Source: Phenylobacterium sp. (GTDB taxonomy: Bacteria > Pseudomonadota > Alphaproteobacteria > Caulobacterales > Caulobacteraceae). Taken from it: 64,000 nt of DNA. The notes under the pieces are model-generated. The model saw only the letters and a list, made by a program, of their open reading frames with translations, had not been told where the DNA came from and ran no database searches. The stretch's first letter is position 1. Each line of letters begins with the position of its first letter. Positions 58,267 to 64,000 of the stretch are shown here, piece after piece. The position numbers and the translations under genes were made by a program. The stretch spans positions 5,208 to 69,207 of the forward strand of contig PLEH01000283.1 of NCBI GenBank assembly GCA_003136395.1. The letters are read 5' to 3'.

Positions 58267-59681
58267 CCCGCGAACACGCTCACCGCCTGGACACCGCTGA
58301 AGAAGTTCTCGTGCGCCAATCCTGGCACGACGCCCCCGGGTTGGGCGGAGCCGGTCTGCTTGTAGTCCTGGACCTGGAAATAGACCTCGCTCGACGGAAT
58401 ATCGAACTCGCTATGCCCGGTGATCGGAATTCCGACTTTCAGACCGTAGGTTTGCGCTTGGAACTTTCCCAACCGGCTGTCAGAGCTGGCAAATGCCGGG
58501 AGCGGTTGGCCGGCGATCAGATAGTCACGGAAGAAGTTCGCCGCCGTCTGGCTGTAGTAGCGGGCCAGGGGCTCCACATATAGCCAAGAGACCACTGGTA
58601 CGCGCTCCGACAATTCCGCGGTGACGGAGTTGACGCCCCAGCTGTCATGATAGAATCGGACCGACGCATCCGTGACGGTCGGGCCCCAGGCGACCTTGTT
58701 GCCGAAATAAACGCTCTGCCTCAGGCGCGAGCCCGGCCGGTTCTCATAGAGATATTGCGACGGCGCGCCGGTGACGGAATCCACGACGGACAGCACCCGG
58801 TAGGGGTCGGTCTGGTACCCATTGGACTCGCCGACCGTATAATTCAGTTGCGCCAGCCAGTAGCGGTTGACCACCTGGGTCACACCCAGCACCGCGCTCG
58901 TGACGGTCTTGGTTCGGGCGGGACCCTTGGCGTCGGCGCTCATCACCGTGAAGGGCGTGGGCGTGCCAAAGAACGGATTCGACCGGTCGTATTCGAATTC
59001 AGCAGAGATCGAGGCCGTGGTGTTGTGCTGGTTGAAGTCCTGTGACAGGCCGGCGTTGCCCGAATAGGAGCGATAGTCGCGTTCAGTCGAAGCGCTTCCC
59101 CCGAAGGACAGACGCCCGCCGTCCCAAACAGGCGTGGCGTATCCCAGATCGACGGCCGTTCGGAGGTCCCTGAATCCGGCGTCGACGGGCAGGGTATTAG
59201 CGGGCGTCACATACTGTCGTGCAACGGTTCCTGTTCCAGGGATGGTGACCAGGGTGCTGCCGCCGGAAGAGCCAGTGACGGTCGCTGTGGTTCCCGGCGC
59301 ATGAGCAGGCGTGGTGAAAGTCTGCGGGCCCGTCCACGGTGCGGCGCCGTTAGGCGTGGCGCCGGTCAGGGTGTCGACGGTGAAACGGCCCGTCAGGACG
59401 GCGCCGCTGCTGCCGTTCACGGTCACGCTGACGACCGGTTCAGTCGCTTTCACCCGTCCGCCGGATTCGCTGTAGAAAAGGACCGCGGCATTGAGGCGGG
59501 TCAGACCCACATCGCTTTGGGTGTCGTCGTTGACGCCGACCCTCGGCGCGGCGGCGTCCGGCGGCGCGTCCGCCGCCGGGCTCAGCGCCTGCGCTTGCGC
59601 GCAGGTCGCCGCGAGGAGGTTGGCGGTCAGAAGACCGAGAGCCTGGGCGATGCGGCCCCGCCGCGGCGGGGTCAATTGCAT
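58245..59681 (-). CDS. DUF3570 outer-membrane beta-barrel protein
   Basis: Signal peptide, LFYSESGGRVKATEP, DTLTGATPNGA, YENRP, SSDSRLG, terminal F-Y. Confidence 0.8.
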   Translation of the reverse strand: MQLTPPRRGRIAQALGLLTANLLAATCAQAQALSPAADAPPDAAAPRVGVNDDTQSDVGLTRLNAAVLFYSESGGRVKATEPVVSVTVNGSSGAVLTGRFTVDTLTGATPNGAAPWTGPQTFTTPAHAPGTTATVTGSSGGSTLVTIPGTGTVARQYVTPANTLPVDAGFRDLRTAVDLGYATPVWDGGRLSFGGSASTERDYRSYSGNAGLSQDFNQHNTTASISAEFEYDRSNPFFGTPTPFTVMSADAKGPARTKTVTSAVLGVTQVVNRYWLAQLNYTVGESNGYQTDPYRVLSVVDSVTGAPSQYLYENRPGSRLRQSVYFGNKVAWGPTVTDASVRFYHDSWGVNSVTAELSERVPVVSWLYVEPLARYYSQTAANFFRDYLIAGQPLPAFASSDSRLGKFQAQTYGLKVGIPITGHSEFDIPSSEVYFQVQDYKQTGSAQPGGVVPGLAHENFFSGVQAVSVFAGWTMAFY

Positions 59682-59923
59682 CCGCAACCGCCGCCGACGA
59701 AGCTGCGGCCGCCGCTCGCGCCCTCTTTGCTGAAGTAGCTGTGCTCCAGCGCGGCCATCAGGTCGGGGTGGGTGTTCAGCTGCATCGACTTGCGGGCCAT
59801 CAGGTCGTGGTCCCAGGCCGCTGGCCCGACGCTGGCGCAGGCGCTGAGAATCCCGCCGACGCACAACAGGGCAATGCCCAGGCCGGCGCGTGCGCGCGCC
59901 CGGCGGCGGCCGTCATTTTGCAT
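59672..59923 (-). CDS. DUF4266 lipoprotein
   Basis: Lipobox LSAC; YFSKEGASGG..GGGCGCN. Confidence 0.87.
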   Translation of the reverse strand: MQNDGRRRARARAGLGIALLCVGGILSACASVGPAAWDHDLMARKSMQLNTHPDLMAALEHSYFSKEGASGGRSFVGGGCGCN

Positions 59924-60359
59924 TGAGAAGCTCCGAGATATGGGCCTCGTAGAGAGGCATTTGGTCTGGGAAGAAGCCGCTGTGGACGTAGCGGACGCGG
60001 CCATCGGCGCCGATCACCACGGAGGTCGGCATGGCTTTCACATTGAAGGTCCGGGCGATGCCGCCGGTGGTGTCGTAGACGATGGGAAGGTTGCTGCCGG
60101 CCTCACGCAGGAAGGCGTCGGCCTTGGTGCGGTCATGGTCGACGTTGACCGCCAGCAGAACGAAGTTGCGGCCCGCGTAGTAGCTCTGCAGCTTCTCGAG
60201 GAAGGGGAACGAGAGTTTGCAGGGCGCACACCAGGACGCCCAGAAGTCGAGGTAGACGACCTTGCCGTGGTACTGACTCAGGTCGAGAGCGGCCGAAGGC
60301 GCTGCATGTGCGACATGCCCCCCGACGGAAACCATCGCGATCACCGTAACTAAGGCCAT
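59913..60359 (-). CDS. TlpA-family disulfide reductase
   Basis: GKVVYLDFWASWCAPC, MPTSVVI. Confidence 0.9.
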   Translation of the reverse strand: MALVTVIAMVSVGGHVAHAAPSAALDLSQYHGKVVYLDFWASWCAPCKLSFPFLEKLQSYYAGRNFVLLAVNVDHDRTKADAFLREAGSNLPIVYDTTGGIARTFNVKAMPTSVVIGADGRVRYVHSGFFPDQMPLYEAHISELLNAK

Positions 60360-60624
60360 CCCGCGAAAGCTCGGCTTCGGGACTGTCGCGCGGCGACCAT
60401 GAACGGATAGGCCACGCAGCGCGCCGCCCGGAAAGGGCCAAGTTCGGCGACCTAACACTGCCATACTGGAATCCAACTCAGCTTAGGACGCCCCCGCCCA
60501 AGAGCCACTTCCACCCACCGACGACGCGCCCGTCCGGGCGCCTCAAAGAAAAAGCGCAGCCGTAGGCGGAAGGCATTGAACCGGTGCGAGTGTTGGCATC
60601 CCGCGTCGTCTAGGACTGGGCTGA

Positions 60625-61113
60625 TTGCGAAGGAGCCAGAGCTTGAGAGTCGGGAGCCTATGGCGGGTTGGGTTGTTGGCGGCCCTCGCCATCGGAGGAA
60701 GCTCGGGAGCCGTCGCTGCGGACGGGCCGCCGCTCCCGGGGTACTGGGAACTCACCAACACCTGGATCTTCGTTGTGCACTTCAAGACGGTGGACCGAAA
60801 ATGCTTCACCGCCGCCGATGTGGCCGGCGTGCTGCAGGGGCCCAGCAACTCTCACTACGCCTGCACCTATCCGTTTCGAGAGGTCGGCGACGGGCGCCTT
60901 TCGCTCAAGGGGACCTGTGTCGAAAAGCACGGTCAGGTCGCCGAGATCGCGGCCCAGGGAACCTATGAGCCCACCGCCTTCAAGTTGACGGCGCGCCTGC
61001 GCACCCGCATCGCCGGCGTGCCGCTTTCTGGGGTGGGTACGACCGACGCGCATCGCCTGAGCGAGACTTGCCCGCCGACGGAGGCAAAGCCCGCACTTCC
61101 TGCCGCGCGCTGA
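60625..61113 (+). CDS. DUF3617-like exported protein
   Basis: Signal peptide, PGYWELT, paired cysteines. Confidence 0.62.
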   Translation: MRRSQSLRVGSLWRVGLLAALAIGGSSGAVAADGPPLPGYWELTNTWIFVVHFKTVDRKCFTAADVAGVLQGPSNSHYACTYPFREVGDGRLSLKGTCVEKHGQVAEIAAQGTYEPTAFKLTARLRTRIAGVPLSGVGTTDAHRLSETCPPTEAKPALPAAR

Positions 61114-61119
61114 CGCCGC

Positions 61120-62661
61120 TCATCGGCCCTTCAGCCTCGCCCACTGGGATCGGGCGGCGGCGTCGCGCCGGCCGATCTGCGAGCAGGAGCCGGAAAATCC
61201 GCGTCCGGCGAACAGATGGAGCTCCAGTTCCAGCCGGCCCCGCCGGCCAAACCTGGCGACCTGCAAGGGGTCGACGCGCGCGAAACATCTGCCAATGCGC
61301 TGAAGGCCATCCTGGAGGTCTTCCGGCTTCACGATGATGAGGGCATCGTGGCCGACGAGCGACCCGCGGGGATAGGTGTCCGCAAATCCACGCGGATCGT
61401 CGGAAAGCACCACGACAGGCACGCGATCCCCGAGGGCGGAGGTTATCCGGCCCGCCTCGTTCCACTTCATCGAGACCACGAACGCCCCCGGCTGGCGCAG
61501 CAACGTAGTCACCGGCGGCGTGGGCGCCAGTTGGTCCCACGACACCAATTCAAGGGTGGGATCACCCTTCGCGAAGGTCCTCGGCCAGGTCGCGCCGACC
61601 CAACCCGTCGCGGCGCAACTGATCAGGAGCCCCCAAACCGCCAGGAGCAGCGCCAGGGACACGACCGCCCAGGTCCTCGGCCATCGATGAGCGGCGGCGG
61701 CCCGCTCCAGTTGATCGCCCATGACCGGCATGAGGAACAGCCAGGCCGGCATCGACCAGTGCGGAAGGGCGGCCTGCCCCCAGATCGGGGTGACGGCGAA
61801 GACGACAATGCCCGGCAGGCTCAACATGAGGCACAGCCAGCGTCGGCTGTCGCCGGGCCCGGCGCGGACGGCCCTGCCTCCGGCCAGCGCCAGGGGCACG
61901 AAGATCCAGGGCAGGAGCAAGACCATCTGACCCAGGGCCGCGCTGAGCGCCGCGGAAGGGCGCAGGCCATGGGCCGGCGCCGCCCGCGCGCCCTGGAATG
62001 CGAACGACGCCCATGCGTTTTGTGCGTTCCAGATCAGGACCGGGGAAACAGTCGCCGCGGCCACCAGTGCGGCCACATAGGGCGCGGGGCGCCTCAACCA
62101 GGATCGCCCCGGCGGGGTGCTGAGCAGGAAGCCGGCGAGCCCAAGTCCGAAAAGCACCGCTTGATATTTCGACAGGCCAGCCAGCCCGACCCACAAGCCG
62201 ATCCGCAGCCAGGTCCAGGTGCGGGGCGCGCCGAGTTGATCGTCGCCTTGCGCGGGGAACAGCAGGTGGGCGAGATCGCGCCCTGCGGCCAGCAGGCAGA
62301 AGATCAAGGGGCCGTCCGGCAAGACCCACGAGCTTGCAGCCGCCGTGAAGAACCCGGAGAGGTTCAGAGTCAGCAGCGCCCACAGCGCGGCCCTTGGCCC
62401 GAATAACTGGCGCGTCAGATCGAACAGCAGCCATGAGGTTCCGGCGAAAATCAGGATGAACGGAAGGCGGGCCAAACGGCCGTACCCGAGCAGGGGGCCG
62501 AATGCATGGACGATCCAGATGTGCAGCGGCGGATGGTCAAAATAGGAGAGCTGCAGATGATGGGCGATCGCCAGAGTGTAGGCCTCGTCGACCCCCAGTC
62601 CCAGAAGCGCGGCGGACGCCAGGCGCAGGATCGTGAAGGCCGCGATCAGACCAGCGGCCAT
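61120..62661 (-). CDS. GT39 / ArnT-like membrane glycosyltransferase
   Basis: DEAY, YFDHPPL, PDGPL, LAGLSKY, PVLIWNAQNAWASFAFQ; start uncertain. Confidence 0.83.
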   Translation of the reverse strand: MAAGLIAAFTILRLASAALLGLGVDEAYTLAIAHHLQLSYFDHPPLHIWIVHAFGPLLGYGRLARLPFILIFAGTSWLLFDLTRQLFGPRAALWALLTLNLSGFFTAAASSWVLPDGPLIFCLLAAGRDLAHLLFPAQGDDQLGAPRTWTWLRIGLWVGLAGLSKYQAVLFGLGLAGFLLSTPPGRSWLRRPAPYVAALVAAATVSPVLIWNAQNAWASFAFQGARAAPAHGLRPSAALSAALGQMVLLLPWIFVPLALAGGRAVRAGPGDSRRWLCLMLSLPGIVVFAVTPIWGQAALPHWSMPAWLFLMPVMGDQLERAAAAHRWPRTWAVVSLALLLAVWGLLISCAATGWVGATWPRTFAKGDPTLELVSWDQLAPTPPVTTLLRQPGAFVVSMKWNEAGRITSALGDRVPVVVLSDDPRGFADTYPRGSLVGHDALIIVKPEDLQDGLQRIGRCFARVDPLQVARFGRRGRLELELHLFAGRGFSGSCSQIGRRDAAARSQWARLKGR

Positions 62662-62830
62662 CTGCAGCGCGGACAGCGATCCGAGGCCGGATCTGCGCTG
62701 ACCGACATCGAATCCGGTCGCAACGGGAGCGACCACCGTCACTGCGGGAGCTTCGGCATGGCTTTTTGAAATTCCTAATGCACCTGACGGTCGCCAGAAC
62801 ACGACGACAGGCGGTTCGATGCGCCTCACG

Positions 62831-63496
62831 TCATTCGCGCGGCACCATGTCGGCCAGGACTGATCCCCTGCCGCCGGCTTGGTAGTCCGCCTTGATCCCC
62901 GCGGGATCGTAGGTTGGACTCTCGATCCACCCCGTGAAGGTCTGGCCATCGGCGCGGTCTGACAGGTAGCGCTCGAACAGGTAGTCGAGGATGCCGGTGC
63001 GGCTGTGCTTCAGGTGGAGGTACTTCAGATCGAGTTGCCGCATGGCGGTCGGAATGTCCTCCCCCAGACGAAAGTGCACGTAGAGCGCGCTCATCAGGCT
63101 GGCGCGGTCCGCACCGGACTTGCAATGGACAAGCACCGGGTACTCGAGGGTTTCGAACAGGGCCTTGGCCGCTAAGAGTTGCGCGCGGTCGGGCGCGTCG
63201 CGCGACGTCAAGGTGAAGTTGACGAGCTTCAGGCCCAGCATAGCGCAGGCGTCCGTCTCCAGTGCATAGAAACTCGCATCGAAGCCGCCGCGAAGATTGA
63301 CGACGGTGCGGATCCCGCGCCGCTTCCAGGCGCGCAGCTGGTGGGGCCAGGGCTGATTACTGCGGACGAACTCGTTCGACACCCAGTGCGCGTTCTGGAA
63401 TCCCAGGCGCAGATAGGCGTGATCGCGCCACAGAAAGTCGAGATAGGCCGCCAGCCTGTTGCGCCACGTCGTCAGATCAAATTCCCGCACATCCAC
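62831..63496 (-). CDS. Tyrosine/dual-specificity phosphatase family protein
   Basis: VLVHCKSGADRAS (HCX5R), VVNLRG. Confidence 0.85.
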   Translation of the reverse strand: MDVREFDLTTWRNRLAAYLDFLWRDHAYLRLGFQNAHWVSNEFVRSNQPWPHQLRAWKRRGIRTVVNLRGGFDASFYALETDACAMLGLKLVNFTLTSRDAPDRAQLLAAKALFETLEYPVLVHCKSGADRASLMSALYVHFRLGEDIPTAMRQLDLKYLHLKHSRTGILDYLFERYLSDRADGQTFTGWIESPTYDPAGIKADYQAGGRGSVLADMVPRE

Positions 63497-63643
63497 CTCG
63501 TCGCGACCGGCCCGACCACTAGCACAGAGGCTGCGAAACGCGTCTGGGCGCCGCCAGGTCGCACTGATGTTGAGGGGGTCGGTCCGGCGCGTCGTCTTTG
63601 GCGTACGTGGCGCTCAGGGGCGGGTCGCCGCTGGAGCTATCCC

Positions 63644-64000
63644 ATGTCTGGTCTTGACTGGGGCGCGATCGAACGCGCCCGACTTGTTCGCAATCCCTTC
63701 GATCACGTCGCCATAGCCCAGGTGCTGGCGCCGGATTGCGCCGCGGCGATCCCCGGACAGTTTCCGCAGATCCGCAATTCGGGGTCCTACTCCCTTGCTG
63801 ACGCGCCGCCAGGTCGCGCGCTTGAGGCTGTGATCGACGACCTCATGTCGGACCGCTTCAGGTCGAACATGGCGAGGCTGTTCGACATGGACCTGGAGGA
63901 TCGACCGGCCACGGTCACCCTCAGGGGCCAATGCGCGGAACGCGACGGCCGCATCCACGTCGACTCCAAAAGCAAGGTGCTGTCGCTGCTGATCTATCTC
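63644..64000 (+). CDS. 2OG-Fe(II) oxygenase (3'-partial)
   Basis: Own translation MSGLDW..PFDHV..RDGRIHVDSKSKVLSLLIYL; HxD motif; GGAG RBS. Confidence 0.75.
   Translation, partial: MSGLDWGAIERARLVRNPFDHVAIAQVLAPDCAAAIPGQFPQIRNSGSYSLADAPPGRALEAVIDDLMSDRFRSNMARLFDMDLEDRPATVTLRGQCAERDGRIHVDSKSKVLSLLIYL

Noticed and set aside
1-64000. Long antisense and alternate-frame ORFs (e.g. 3331-5097, 9681-11606, 36414-38102, 41408-43081, 50814-52694) and CRISPR arrays
   Set aside because: The ORFs are shadows of GC-rich genes with Arg/Gly/Pro-rich composition; no regularly spaced repeat-spacer array was seen

Overview
GC-rich alphaproteobacterial DNA (Caulobacter/Phenylobacterium-like by protein resemblance; inference), almost all accessory. 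(1) 1-7.1 kb: pentose-phosphate operon (tal-pgi fusion, gnd, zwf, Cof, fbaB) cut inside rpe exactly where an antisense fadL ends. (2) 9-19.7 kb: stress/respiration block with qNor, an sdhB-C-D operon lacking sdhA behind a consensus sigma-T/EcfG-type promoter, DUF2945, ferritin-like protein, membrane molybdoenzyme and PQQ dehydrogenase. (3) 19.8-23 kb: intact AbiE toxin-antitoxin pair amid fragments of a second pair. (4) 23.1-24.9 kb: tRNA 3'-half att site with flanking repeats and a tyrosine integrase fused to an excisionase-like HTH. (5) 26-54 kb: sulfide/sulfane-sulfur island with two SQR types (one resembling the Acidianus type V enzyme), three rhodaneses, persulfide dioxygenase, TauE, TsdA plus exported DsrE, cytochrome bd, P3A-type H+-ATPase, RND-TolC and two BigR/SqrR-like repressors; three divergent promoters share a palindrome TATATGC-N8-GCATATA. 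(6) 55-60 kb: TlpA-DUF4266-DUF3570-ApbE flavinylation cluster with a second ApbE and an EF-hand protein. Also an IS1182-type MITE, an IS630 end and several gene remnants. No CRISPR, rRNA or intact tRNA seen. All family calls are from motif recognition, not database searches.
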